From an uncultured delta proteobacterium (GTDB taxonomy: Bacteria; Desulfobacterota; RBG-13-43-22): a stretch of DNA of 64,000 nt. The notes below the pieces were generated by a model, which worked only from the letters and a program-made list of their open reading frames with translations, was not told the origin of the DNA and searched no databases. Both the position numbers and the translations under genes were made by a program. Where the stretch lies: assembly GCA_963802945.1 (NCBI GenBank), contig CAWDKY010000017.1, positions 320,001-384,000 of the forward strand, in the 5' to 3' direction. Below, piece by piece: positions 28,196 through 37,814 of the stretch. How positions within the stretch are numbered: position 1 is the stretch's first letter; every line of letters starts with the position of its first letter.

Positions 28196-30610
28196 ATGAA
28201 AAAAGAACACGGAATCGGTGCCTTTTTTTTAATAGGGTTCATCGGATTAGTCATCCTCTATTTCTGGGAGGCCTTGAGCCCATCCAAGCTCATGGTCGAG
28301 CGGGACCTGCCCATCTTTTTTTTCCCTAATCTTAAGCTCTGGGTCGAGGCCGTTAAAGCCGGTGGGCTGCCTTTATGGAACCCTTATTCTTTTTCAGGCC
28401 AGCCCCTATTTGCTTCTTTGCAGACCAGTATCCTTTATCCACCCAATGGTCTGCTTCTGATACTTCCCATTAACTTTGCTTTTAATCTGACCATTGTGCT
28501 GCATTTCTTTCTTTCCGGCTGGTTTGTTTATTTATTGGCCCGGGAATTGGGGGGCAGCCGGACGGCCGGGATCCTGGCCTGCCTTTCCTTTACCCTGGGG
28601 GGCTTTCTCCTTTCCATCCATAATGTCTTGAATACCCTCCAATCCGTTACCTGGACTCCTCTTATCTTTTTTTTCTTTCTCCGCGCTCTTCGTCGAAGGT
28701 CATGGAAATATTCCCTACTCTCCAGCTTAACCATCCTGGTCCAATTTTTAGGCGGAGGAATAGAGGTCTTTCTTATAACCCAGGCCATGATTATTTTTTT
28801 AGCCCTGTGTCCACAGGCCCTTTTACCCAAGCACAGTTATGCCCCTTGGAAATGGCGTTTTCAGATGGTAGGAGCAGTATTTCTTCTGTTCTTGGGATTG
28901 GGGGCCATTCAGATTCTCCCTTTTTGGGAAATGGTCGGACACTCCGATCGCCACCTGGGGTTTTCTTATCAAGAAGCCACCCGGTGGTCCCTGGGGTGGC
29001 GGGATCTCCTCTATCTCTTCCTTCCCGATTTTTTTTGGCGAGGGATGGGGTTTTACGATACGGATCAAAACTATCTTAAAAGCATTTATCTGGGATTGAT
29101 CCCTTTCCTAATGGTTCTTTTCTTTTTTTTAGGACGAGATCGTAGAAAGGGGTGGTTCGGTCTTTTTCTTGTGCTGTCATTGCTCCTGGCCCTGGGAAGG
29201 AATACCCCTTTCTATCGTGTGCTCTATACTATGGTCCCTGGTTTCCATACGATCCGTTATCCGGCTAAATTTCTTTTCTTTGGCAATATTTTTATTTGCC
29301 TGTTGACCGGATTGGGCTGGGATGTCTTGTCTGATCGCCTTAAAGAAGATCCGCAAAAAAAATTTTCAACCCTTAAAAGAGCTTCCCTGCTTCTGGCCTT
29401 TTTATTCGTCTTAATATTGTTGTTCCTTTCTCTCTTCCGAGATCCTCTCCTCTCCTTTTTGGAGCATTCATTTCCAATGAGCTATGCCAGGCCATGGGTG
29501 TTAAATCTTCACAACCTGGAACGTTTTTCTTTTTTTGCCTTGCTGACTTTTATTTTTGTTATCTTTTTGGCTGATCGGAAGATTTCTATTAAATGGAGCC
29601 AGGCCATTTTGATTACCTTACTAACCTTGGATCTTTTCCTGGCCAACTGGGGTTTTTACCGGCTCATTGATCAAAAGGCTTTTTATTCTCTGAGTCCCAA
29701 TCTGAGGGCCGTTCTTTCCGATCCTAAAAAAAATCGGATATTTTCAGATCCAGTGATGGTCAAGGCCATGTTTCCTAAAAGAATGGGGATGGAAGGAGTC
29801 GCCGATTTTATTTTGAAAGAATGTTTTTATTTTGACTTCCCCTTAATCCACAGAATCTATAACAGTGCGGGCTTCGGGGTCATGACCTACCAACCGTATT
29901 ATGATCTCCTGGCCATACTCTATTTCGACAAGGCTTCCAATCCTGGAGCCACGGATATTTTAAGGTTGATGAATGTAAAATTTCTCCTCTGGCATGAGGC
30001 CCTTCAAGATCCGTCTTTGAAGTTGATTCGCAAGGGAGAATCCTATGTACTGCTGGAAGATCTTTCTAAAAAACCCCTTTCCCATCCTCCGAAAATTAAA
30101 ATGATAGTATCCCATCTTTACGAAAATAAGGCCGTGTTGCCCAAGGCCTTTTTAGTCTCCAAGTATTGGGTGGTTAAGAATGGGAAAGAGAGAATGGATT
30201 TATTAAAAAAGAAAGGGTTTGACCCGACCCAAACAGTTCTTTTGGAGGAAGTCCCTGATCCGCCCCCTTCAGCCAAGGGATTGGCCCCCGAGAATGACAG
30301 TGTCCGCTTGGTAAAATTTGGGTTGAATCAAATGGATCTCGATGTTTCCTGTGCCCGGCCGCGCCTGCTTTTTTTGAGTGAAACGTACTATCCCGGCTGG
30401 AAGGTTTGGGTTGACGGGAAGAAAGAAAAAATATATCGTGCCAATCATGCCTTCCGGGCCGTGGCCCTCAGCCCAGGCCGACATAAAATTCATTTTCGAT
30501 ACCAACCTCTTTCGGTTTATTGCGGGTTAGGAATCAGTTTGACTACTCTTTTGGGAATCATGCTCTTTTTTTATCTGAAAAGAAAGAAACTCAAAAAAGA
30601 TAACACCTGA
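28196..30610 (+). CDS. YfhO-family GT-C membrane glycosyltransferase
   Basis: LPLWNPYSFSGQP..LYP, many TM helices, C-terminal LSETYYPGWKVWVDG..ANHAFRAV. Confidence 0.85.
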   Translation: MKKEHGIGAFFLIGFIGLVILYFWEALSPSKLMVERDLPIFFFPNLKLWVEAVKAGGLPLWNPYSFSGQPLFASLQTSILYPPNGLLLILPINFAFNLTIVLHFFLSGWFVYLLARELGGSRTAGILACLSFTLGGFLLSIHNVLNTLQSVTWTPLIFFFFLRALRRRSWKYSLLSSLTILVQFLGGGIEVFLITQAMIIFLALCPQALLPKHSYAPWKWRFQMVGAVFLLFLGLGAIQILPFWEMVGHSDRHLGFSYQEATRWSLGWRDLLYLFLPDFFWRGMGFYDTDQNYLKSIYLGLIPFLMVLFFFLGRDRRKGWFGLFLVLSLLLALGRNTPFYRVLYTMVPGFHTIRYPAKFLFFGNIFICLLTGLGWDVLSDRLKEDPQKKFSTLKRASLLLAFLFVLILLFLSLFRDPLLSFLEHSFPMSYARPWVLNLHNLERFSFFALLTFIFVIFLADRKISIKWSQAILITLLTLDLFLANWGFYRLIDQKAFYSLSPNLRAVLSDPKKNRIFSDPVMVKAMFPKRMGMEGVADFILKECFYFDFPLIHRIYNSAGFGVMTYQPYYDLLAILYFDKASNPGATDILRLMNVKFLLWHEALQDPSLKLIRKGESYVLLEDLSKKPLSHPPKIKMIVSHLYENKAVLPKAFLVSKYWVVKNGKERMDLLKKKGFDPTQTVLLEEVPDPPPSAKGLAPENDSVRLVKFGLNQMDLDVSCARPRLLFLSETYYPGWKVWVDGKKEKIYRANHAFRAVALSPGRHKIHFRYQPLSVYCGLGISLTTLLGIMLFFYLKRKKLKKDNT

Positions 30611-30632
30611 GCTCTGTGGCTCTTTACAATTA

Positions 30633-32303
30633 ATGTTGAATATAATTCTTCAATCCTGGCATTGGCTTCTAACCAAAATTTCCTTTAGGGAAAAGGAACG
30701 ACTGGAATTACTCGCTGATAAAAATGCCAACCCTGGCCGGCAAAACAAAGCGGGCCAATACGCCGTGATAACGATATTGGGCTTGGGCCTCGCCGGGGTG
30801 GTGTTGGTCCATTGGAAAATGCCGGTCCTCCCTTATGATGATGGCTTTATCACTTTTCGCTATGTTCTCAACTTACTGGCCGGGAAGAGTTTGGTTTACA
30901 ATGAGGGTCAAAGGGTCTTTGGAAGCACTACACCGCTTTATTTGATTTGTCTGGTCTTATTGAAATGGGTATTGCCGGGATGGACCATTCCTGATCTGGC
31001 GGTTCGATTTAACGCCGTCTATTTTGGTTCGGCAGGCCTCGTCCTTTACTTTTTCCTTCGGAAAATTACCGATAGCCGCCCTCTGGCGCTTTTGGGCAGT
31101 TTAGCTTTTTTACTCAATCCTTTTTTATTATCCATTTCCGGCGGAGGGATGGAATCCTTTCTTTTTGTAACTTTGCTGGTCCTGGTCCTTCTCGGTATGG
31201 CCTATAAGCAACCGATTTGGGCTGGCATCTTCTGCGGTCTATCTGTATTGGCCCGTCCTGAAGGACTGTTGATCCTGCCCATAGTAATTTTGCAGTTTCG
31301 AAATCGTCCCAGGGAACTTAGGCAAACGCTGTTATCTTTTTCCCTTGTCTTGCTGCCTTGGGTCATTTTTTCCTGGCAGTACTATGGGAACCCTGTTCCC
31401 TTATCGCTGATTGCCAAGGCCAAACCCATTTATTTTCTGCCCAAGGGAGCGGCTTTAGCCCGCATCAGTCAAAGCATGATTATTTCGGCAACGGCTTTCA
31501 AATCGATCATCCCGTCTTATTTACAAATCGAAATGATCTGGGGACTTTTAATTGGGGCTTCGTTTATCACTCTTTTCAGTCCCACAATTAAAAAGTACTC
31601 CGGAGGGTATTTCATATTGCTATTTTGGTTTTTCATCATTGCCTATGACCTCGGGAATCCTCTTTTTTTCAATTGGTATTGGCCTCCTATTTTCATGCTT
31701 ACGATGGTTACTCTCATGCTCGGTTTTTATTTTGCCGGTAAAAGATTTGTCCAATCATCCAAACGTTATACCGGGCTGGTTGGTTGGCTCATCTGGACAG
31801 CCGGGCTGGGGTGGTTGCTTTATACCACTTTACTGCCGTATCTACTGGTGAAACCAAGGGGCCTCTCTAGTGCCATCCAAGTTCCCAGTCTGTTCATTAA
31901 GGCGGATCCTTCTCGCTGGCGGATATTGGCCTATGAGCAGGCGGCCCAGATTTTAAATCGAGAAGCCCTTCCGACGGATACAGTAGCCGCCCCCGAAGTG
32001 GGGGCCTTGGGATTTTATTTTAAAGGGGTTATTTATGATGCCTGCGGCCTGGTTAGTCCTGAAGCCCATCCCTTTCTGCCGGTTCCGGCTGATCAAAGGC
32101 TGAGACCCGCTATAGGCGCCATATCCGCACCATTTTTAAAACAGGTCCATTCAGCATGGGTGGTATCCATGCCTCTTTTTTCCATAAAAAGTCTGAATCC
32201 ATCGGACTGGTTCAATAAAAATTATTATGTTTATAAAATCGTCACCTTACCTCGCCCTGTGTGGGGAGATAAAACCGTGATTATTTATAAAAGAAGGCGA
32301 TGA
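30633..32303 (+). CDS. GT-C fold polytopic membrane glycosyltransferase
   Basis: DDGFITFRY..NL..G..VYN.G.RV.G.TTPLY, GGMES, LARPEG, YYGNPVP. Confidence 0.8.
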   Translation: MLNIILQSWHWLLTKISFREKERLELLADKNANPGRQNKAGQYAVITILGLGLAGVVLVHWKMPVLPYDDGFITFRYVLNLLAGKSLVYNEGQRVFGSTTPLYLICLVLLKWVLPGWTIPDLAVRFNAVYFGSAGLVLYFFLRKITDSRPLALLGSLAFLLNPFLLSISGGGMESFLFVTLLVLVLLGMAYKQPIWAGIFCGLSVLARPEGLLILPIVILQFRNRPRELRQTLLSFSLVLLPWVIFSWQYYGNPVPLSLIAKAKPIYFLPKGAALARISQSMIISATAFKSIIPSYLQIEMIWGLLIGASFITLFSPTIKKYSGGYFILLFWFFIIAYDLGNPLFFNWYWPPIFMLTMVTLMLGFYFAGKRFVQSSKRYTGLVGWLIWTAGLGWLLYTTLLPYLLVKPRGLSSAIQVPSLFIKADPSRWRILAYEQAAQILNREALPTDTVAAPEVGALGFYFKGVIYDACGLVSPEAHPFLPVPADQRLRPAIGAISAPFLKQVHSAWVVSMPLFSIKSLNPSDWFNKNYYVYKIVTLPRPVWGDKTVIIYKRRR

Positions 32304-32370
32304 ATAAATAACTCTTAAAAATTAAATTTTTATCAAACGATCCGGAGGAGGGTTAAGGCCCATCCATAAT

Positions 32371-32821
32371 CTGAAATTGTTCTTGGTCAGTTTTGTTATG
32401 CTTTTTTTAGAAATCCTGTTGATACGCTAAATATCGACCGAAGTCAGGATCTTTGCTGACCTGGATAATTTGGTTTTACTGGCCTGTTTTTTGGGAATCG
32501 GGCTGGGTTGTTATTTTTCCAAGAAGAAGGATAAGGTGCTTCTTACTATCGGTATGCTGCTTATCATCGCCCTTTCGCCGCTTCGGACCAGTTAGAAATA
32601 TTACCGACCTAGTAAGCAGGTTTTCCGATTCCGTTATCTGGTATAAGGCCTTTCGAGCCCAAAATTTTATTCCCGCCTTGCAGGGGGCGGCCTTTGGCGG
32701 GTTGTTGGAATCCCTTTCTTTTATCACCGGGATTAAGGCCCTGTTGGTGATGGTCTTGTTGCTCTATGTCCTTTCTTATCTCTTTTTGTCTAAGGGAAGG
32801 CTGAAGTCCATAACAGGCTGA
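32371..32821 (+). pseudogene. Internally deleted remnant of a spermidine-synthase-like polytopic membrane protein
   Basis: LFLVSFVMLFLEILLIR*ISTEVRIFA..NLVLLACFLGIGLG joined to C-terminal GAAFGGLLESLSFITG; in-frame TAA at 32428. Confidence 0.6.
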
Positions 32822-33147
32822 GAAGAGAATTTATCAAAAGGGATGCAATGAAGGATTGGGAATGGAAAGCTCATTAAAGTTTAGCCCTGTGGTTGATCTC
32901 GTCATCATTAAATGATAAAGACGGAGGTAAAATTATATAATGTATTAAAATATATTTACAAAAGAGTAAAATAGAATAAAATATTAAATAAAGGGTAGTG
33001 GTATAATATCAACTTTTTTTGGATATAATTAGGAATTTCAAACTGTTAGTTGATCCAAGGTCTCTATCCGGCCAAAGACTTTAAGTTAAGATTTTTGAGC
33101 TTTGAGCCATGGAGAGCATGATGTCCAAAGGTTTTACCATTATTGAA
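32694..33147 (+). repeat. ~450-bp direct repeat, copy 1 (leader of minor-pilin cassette 1)
   Basis: Aligns with 35945-36392 from ttggcgggttgttggaatccc to atgatgtccaaagg.tttaccattat.gaa. Confidence 0.92.
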
Positions 33148-33588
33148 TTGCTTATAGTGATAATCATTATCGGCAGCCTGGCTGCCGCGGCAATCGTAAG
33201 TTTGTCAAGGCAATCCTCGATAGACCTATTTGCTCAGAGAGATCAAATAGCCCAGGACATCCGTTATACCCAAACCCTGGCCATGACTCAGTCCAACCCG
33301 ACGGGGGGCCGATACAGAATTCTCTTTGGCACTACGTCCTATACGATTTCGCAATACGCTTCCAGTGCCTGGACGGCCATTAAGACCGAAAACCTTACTT
33401 CAGGCATAACCTTTACCAGCAATAATTTCACTAATGGATATGTTGCCTTTGATAGTCTAGGGCAACCGCATAATGGTACCACGAATTCCACGCTGATGAC
33501 CGGAACCGTTACCGTGAGCATTACAGATGGCGTGAATACGAGAACGATCAGTGTAATAGAGAATACCGGGTCGGTAGAAGTCAGTTGA
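33118..33588 (+). CDS. Minor pilin, cassette 1 gene 1 (FimT/GspH/MshC-like)
   Basis: SKG|FTIIELLIV, DIRYTQTLAM, VAFDSLGQP, TGSV. Confidence 0.85.
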   Translation: MMSKGFTIIELLIVIIIIGSLAAAAIVSLSRQSSIDLFAQRDQIAQDIRYTQTLAMTQSNPTGGRYRILFGTTSYTISQYASSAWTAIKTENLTSGITFTSNNFTNGYVAFDSLGQPHNGTTNSTLMTGTVTVSITDGVNTRTISVIENTGSVEVS

Positions 33589-33599
33589 CTAGGAAGACT

Positions 33600-34118
33600 A
33601 TGAAGAGATTGAGCAAGATAGGACTGAATGATAATCCCTTCTTGTTCCCCTATTTACGAAAGGGGGGTTGGGGGGACTTGGTTGGTCAAAGAGGCCGGGG
33701 AGCGTTATTTCCAGGAAAAAGGGCGGGGCAGGCGGGGTTTACCCTCATTGAGACCGTTATGGCCTTGGTCATTATCATGATCGCCGTCGTAGGCCTCATT
33801 TCCGTTTTCTCAACCTCTATAGCGCGGAGGAGCGGCCCTCAGCCTTTTGAAATTACCATAGGGACCCAGTATGTTCAGGAGGGACTCGAGAAGGTCTACG
33901 CCGATCGGAGGAACTCGTCCAGGGGATTCAGTTATATTATTTCGAGTAATTATCCGAGCGAGCCATCCCTGGGCAGCGGGTATGCACGAACGACAACCAT
34001 AGGCGCCTGGCCGTTTAATACCGACCAGACGACCTACAAGCAGGTTACCGTGCAGGTCACGCATAACAGTGTGACTGTAGCCAGCGGTGTCCTTCTTGTG
34101 GCGAATTATACTTGGTGA
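33600..34118 (+). CDS. Minor pilin, cassette 1 gene 2 (PilV/MshD-like); start uncertain
   Basis: QAG|FTLIETVMAL, YKQVTVQV. Confidence 0.8.
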   Translation: MKRLSKIGLNDNPFLFPYLRKGGWGDLVGQRGRGALFPGKRAGQAGFTLIETVMALVIIMIAVVGLISVFSTSIARRSGPQPFEITIGTQYVQEGLEKVYADRRNSSRGFSYIISSNYPSEPSLGSGYARTTTIGAWPFNTDQTTYKQVTVQVTHNSVTVASGVLLVANYTW

Positions 34119-34121
34119 CCT

Positions 34122-34625
34122 GTGAGACAGGATAGGGACAGTTCACAAGCAGGGTTTACCCTCATCGAGATCATAATGGCTATTATAGTTTTCGGCCTGA
34201 TCGCTGGTGCCATTACCCCTATGATTATGTCCGGGGTTAACGCCTATTTTCGGGTTAGGGACGTAACGGATGTGAATACCCGGGCAGAGCTGGCCATGGA
34301 CCGTATGGCCAGAGAGATACGGGACATAGACCCGGCTACCATAACTTCCTATTCATCGAGTCAGCTTTCTTATAATCCCGGCTCCGGCACCATTACCTAT
34401 TCAGTTGCTTCGAATACGCTTAAGAGAACTGTTTCGGGAACAGCAGACGACCTGGCAACCAACGTAACTTCTCTAACCTTTACGTATTACAACCAAAGTT
34501 GGGCCACGCCTTCTGCGGCCAGCAATATCTGGAGTATCCGGTTTGTACCGACCTTTGCGGGAACCTACGAAACGGAATCGATACAAACCACCGTTTTTTT
34601 AAGGGGCGGCGCTAAAACCCGTTAA
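34122..34625 (+). CDS. Minor pilin, cassette 1 gene 3 (PilW/MshO-like)
   Basis: QAG|FTLIEIIMAI, AMDRMAREIR, LATNVTSLTFTYY. Confidence 0.85.
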   Translation: MRQDRDSSQAGFTLIEIIMAIIVFGLIAGAITPMIMSGVNAYFRVRDVTDVNTRAELAMDRMAREIRDIDPATITSYSSSQLSYNPGSGTITYSVASNTLKRTVSGTADDLATNVTSLTFTYYNQSWATPSAASNIWSIRFVPTFAGTYETESIQTTVFLRGGAKTR

Positions 34626-34641
34626 GGGGAAAGGGGAGGCT

Positions 34642-35649
34642 ATGAAGAATAACGCAGGCATTGCTCTTATAACCGCCATAATAATTATTGTTATGATCAG
34701 TGCTCTCGGGGTTGTGATTGGCGTCCTCTTCAGCAGCAAGATGGCCGGCACCCCTAATCATCTCTTGTCCGTCCAGGCCCAGTTTATTGCCGAGGGCGGA
34801 CTTGAGAGGGGGATATACCAGTATACGACGACTTGTTCCGGCTCAACACCTTATGCTGGAGAATCAAATGTCTCTCTGGGAGGGGGGACCTTCACCACGA
34901 CCCTCTATACCACAGATTTTAGTGGCAACGCCCTCACAGGCCAGGAACGCATCCGTTCCACGGCCGCGATTGCCGGGGCTACCAGGGTCGTTGAGCAGAT
35001 CGCCGTCTGCCCTGGTAATAGTGCGGGAATGCGTACAACGGCGAGTACTATCACCGACAACGGAACCGTCAAATGCGGTACGACGACTTGTACTCAGGCC
35101 ATGATAAACAGCGGTACCTGCACCTGCACGGCTGAGAGCGTCCAATCGACAACGATGCCCTCAGTGAGCGTGCCTTCATCACTGAAGACAGGAAGTCACG
35201 GGCCGACCGGAGATACCGCCTGCAGCGCCATTTCTTCTAATGCCACATGGAGTGCAGGAACGTATTACTGTTCCACCTTAAGCATCAACAAAAATGTAAC
35301 CATTACCCTAAGTGGACCGGTGACGCTTTACGTGGGCACCTTTACGGTCAATTCAGGCGATTTGGTTAACACCAGTGGCTCGGCGGCCAACCTCCTCGTT
35401 ATGGTCACGACCGGACTCAATTTCAATAGCACCGGATCATTAACGGGTTATATCTATGCTCCCAGTTTAAGCGTGACTATCAATGGAACTCTGACTGGCG
35501 GGTTGGCGGCAGCAAATATTACCATGAATAGCGGCAGCGTGTTCAGCTATGATGGCACTGCCGGGACAGGAGTCTCAACTTTCAATACGCTTACCGGCGC
35601 CACTGCCGCTCAGACCTACGTCTACTGGCAGGAACTTCCGCCTTCTTGA
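34642..35649 (+). CDS. PilX/MshP-like minor pilin with a large Thr/Ser/Cys-rich C-terminal domain (cassette 1 gene 4)
   Basis: NAG|IALITAII (no Glu5), QAQFIAEGGLE, GYIYAP, terminal YWQEL. Confidence 0.8.
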   Translation: MKNNAGIALITAIIIIVMISALGVVIGVLFSSKMAGTPNHLLSVQAQFIAEGGLERGIYQYTTTCSGSTPYAGESNVSLGGGTFTTTLYTTDFSGNALTGQERIRSTAAIAGATRVVEQIAVCPGNSAGMRTTASTITDNGTVKCGTTTCTQAMINSGTCTCTAESVQSTTMPSVSVPSSLKTGSHGPTGDTACSAISSNATWSAGTYYCSTLSINKNVTITLSGPVTLYVGTFTVNSGDLVNTSGSAANLLVMVTTGLNFNSTGSLTGYIYAPSLSVTINGTLTGGLAAANITMNSGSVFSYDGTAGTGVSTFNTLTGATAAQTYVYWQELPPS

Positions 35650-35944
35650 GAACCGCCCTCATAACGAGGAGAAATTAAGGGACACTTCCCAGGTTTTAAT
35701 CGACAGAGTCCCATTATCAGAGCATAGAGACCTTCAAGGCCGAGAATAGTCAGGAGCATAGCCGCCCAATATCCGCATCACTAAGCCACCATTCTTTCCA
35801 TTTGACCGGGGCCGCAGCCGGAAATAGGGTTTCCATAGGGACCTTATCGGGTAGCGCTTCTAACGACTCCGGCGCTGGTTCCAACACCCCAGATTTAGCC
35901 AACGGCTACAACCGGCCGGCATCAATAACTAAAGTGGACGCCAG

Positions 35945-36392
35945 TTGGCGGGTTGTTGGAATCCCTTTCTTTTATGACCGGGATTATGGCCCTGTTGGTG
36001 ATGGTCTTGTTGCTCTATGTCCTTTCTTATCTCTTTTTGTCTAAGGGAAGGCTGAAGTCCACAACAGGCTGAGAAGAGGATTTATCAAAAGGGATGCAAT
36101 GAAGGATTGGGAATGGAAGGCTGATAAAAGTTTAGCCCTGTGGTTAATCCCGTCATCATTAAATGATAAAGACGGAGGTAAAATTATATAACTTATCAAA
36201 ATATGTTGACAAAGTAGAATAGAATATGATAAAATTAAACGTAAATGGTTTGTCATTTTTTTCTGGGATATAATTCGGAAATTCACATTGTTAATTGATC
36301 CAAGATCTCTATATGGCCGAAGGCTTTAATGAAAAATTTTTGAGCTTTGGGCCAAGGAGGGCATGATGTCCAAAGGCTTTACCATTATCGAA
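35945..36392 (+). repeat. ~450-bp direct repeat, copy 2 (leader of minor-pilin cassette 2); contains TTGACA-18-TAAAAT at 36206-36235
   Basis: Aligns with 32694-33147. Confidence 0.92.
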
Positions 36393-36803
36393 GCGATTAT
36401 CGTCATGGCCATTGTCGGCGTCCTGGCTATTGTGACCGTACCCAGATTGATCACTACCAGTACCGTCGCCGCCAATGAGGGGGCTCAGATGATGGCGGCC
36501 GATATCCGCAAGACCCAGGATTTGGCCATGGCGGATACAGCTTCTCATCAAATTCAATTCACCAACGGCAGCAATTCTTATGTCATCGATCCTTCGGGCG
36601 CCAATCCTCAAACCATGACCCTTCCCCAGGGAGTGACTACAACTACGACCACTACCATTACCTTCAGCACCACTGGTGATCCGGGTTTGACAGCAGATAG
36701 CACAATCACAGTCGGCGGGGTGTCGGTCGTGGTCACCCAGAATACAGGCAAGGTGACCGTTGGGGGTAGTACAAGTGGTGGTGGTGGCTCACCAGGATGT
36801 TGA
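36363..36803 (+). CDS. Minor pilin, cassette 2 gene 1 (FimT/GspH/MshC-like)
   Basis: SKG|FTIIEAIIV, DIRKTQDLAM, FSTTGDP, NTGKV. Confidence 0.85.
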   Translation: MMSKGFTIIEAIIVMAIVGVLAIVTVPRLITTSTVAANEGAQMMAADIRKTQDLAMADTASHQIQFTNGSNSYVIDPSGANPQTMTLPQGVTTTTTTTITFSTTGDPGLTADSTITVGGVSVVVTQNTGKVTVGGSTSGGGGSPGC

Positions 36804-37240
36804 GGGTAAAGTTCTTGGGGAAAAATGTAATCAGGATGAAAAGACTACGGATTAAAGGAGAAGTTCTCTCCGGATTCACCCTGATAGAGGTTATGATGCT
36901 TATCGTCCTGACCGGTATCCTGATAACCCCGCTTTTAAGCCCTTTTTTTAACTCGGTTTTGAAGGGTGGTCAACCGGAGCTTGCGGCCACTGCCGCCTTC
37001 TTGGCTGCAGAGCAACTGGAACAACTCCAGACGACCACTTATGGGTGTATTGCCAATGTGGCCAAGGCCTCCCTTACGGGAAATTACACGGCTTTTTCCC
37101 GGCAGGTTGCGGTTACCTTGGTTAATGCCAATTTAACCACTTCAGCCACGGATGTGGGCTATAAAAAGGTAGTGGTTACGGTTTATAATAGTAGCCTACC
37201 GGCCGCCGGAATAAGTATCACCTCCGTTTTTACATATTAA
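36797..37240 (+). CDS. Minor pilin, cassette 2 gene 2 (PilV/MshD-like)
   Basis: LSG|FTLIEVMML, YKKVVVTV. Confidence 0.82.
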   Translation: MLRVKFLGKNVIRMKRLRIKGEVLSGFTLIEVMMLIVLTGILITPLLSPFFNSVLKGGQPELAATAAFLAAEQLEQLQTTTYGCIANVAKASLTGNYTAFSRQVAVTLVNANLTTSATDVGYKKVVVTVYNSSLPAAGISITSVFTY

Positions 37241-37248
37241 GGCACTCA

Positions 37249-37788
37249 ATGAAGATCAGAAAGCAACGCAAACCCTTACCTGGTGACCAGTGGAGAAAAC
37301 CGATGGCCTGTTTCCCTGAACGCCGAACGTTGAACAGGAAACGATACTTTGGTAATCCATACGGCTTCACTATGATTGAGCTCATCATCAGCGTGATGAT
37401 CCTGGGCATCCTGGCGGTTTACACTTTTTCCTTTCTGGGCAACAGCGTAAAGGCTTATGTCGAGATTAAGCAACATAAAATACTTTACGATGAAGCCAGG
37501 CAAGCTATGGAAAAGATGGTTATTGAGACTCGAAATAGCAGCCGCAGCTCTATTACCACCGGGACATCGAGTATCACCTTTACACTTAGCGGTAATAATA
37601 TTACTTATAGTCTTAATGGCACCACCTTGCAAAGGCAGGTGGGCAATAATACCGCCAACAAAGTGGCTGATAACGTTTCTTCCTTTACAACATCCTATAG
37701 TTCGTATGTTAGCCTGGAACTGGTCCTGACCCAGACCGGCATGGGTACGGTCCATTTCCGAACGAGTATTTATCCCTTAAATAGCTGA
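37249..37788 (+). CDS. Minor pilin, cassette 2 gene 3 (PilW/MshO-like)
   Basis: PYG|FTMIELIIS, AMEKMVIETR, VADNVSSF. Confidence 0.82.
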   Translation: MKIRKQRKPLPGDQWRKPMACFPERRTLNRKRYFGNPYGFTMIELIISVMILGILAVYTFSFLGNSVKAYVEIKQHKILYDEARQAMEKMVIETRNSSRSSITTGTSSITFTLSGNNITYSLNGTTLQRQVGNNTANKVADNVSSFTTSYSSYVSLELVLTQTGMGTVHFRTSIYPLNS

Positions 37789-37814
37789 GGTTTGTCTTTG
37801 ATTAGGAACAAAGA

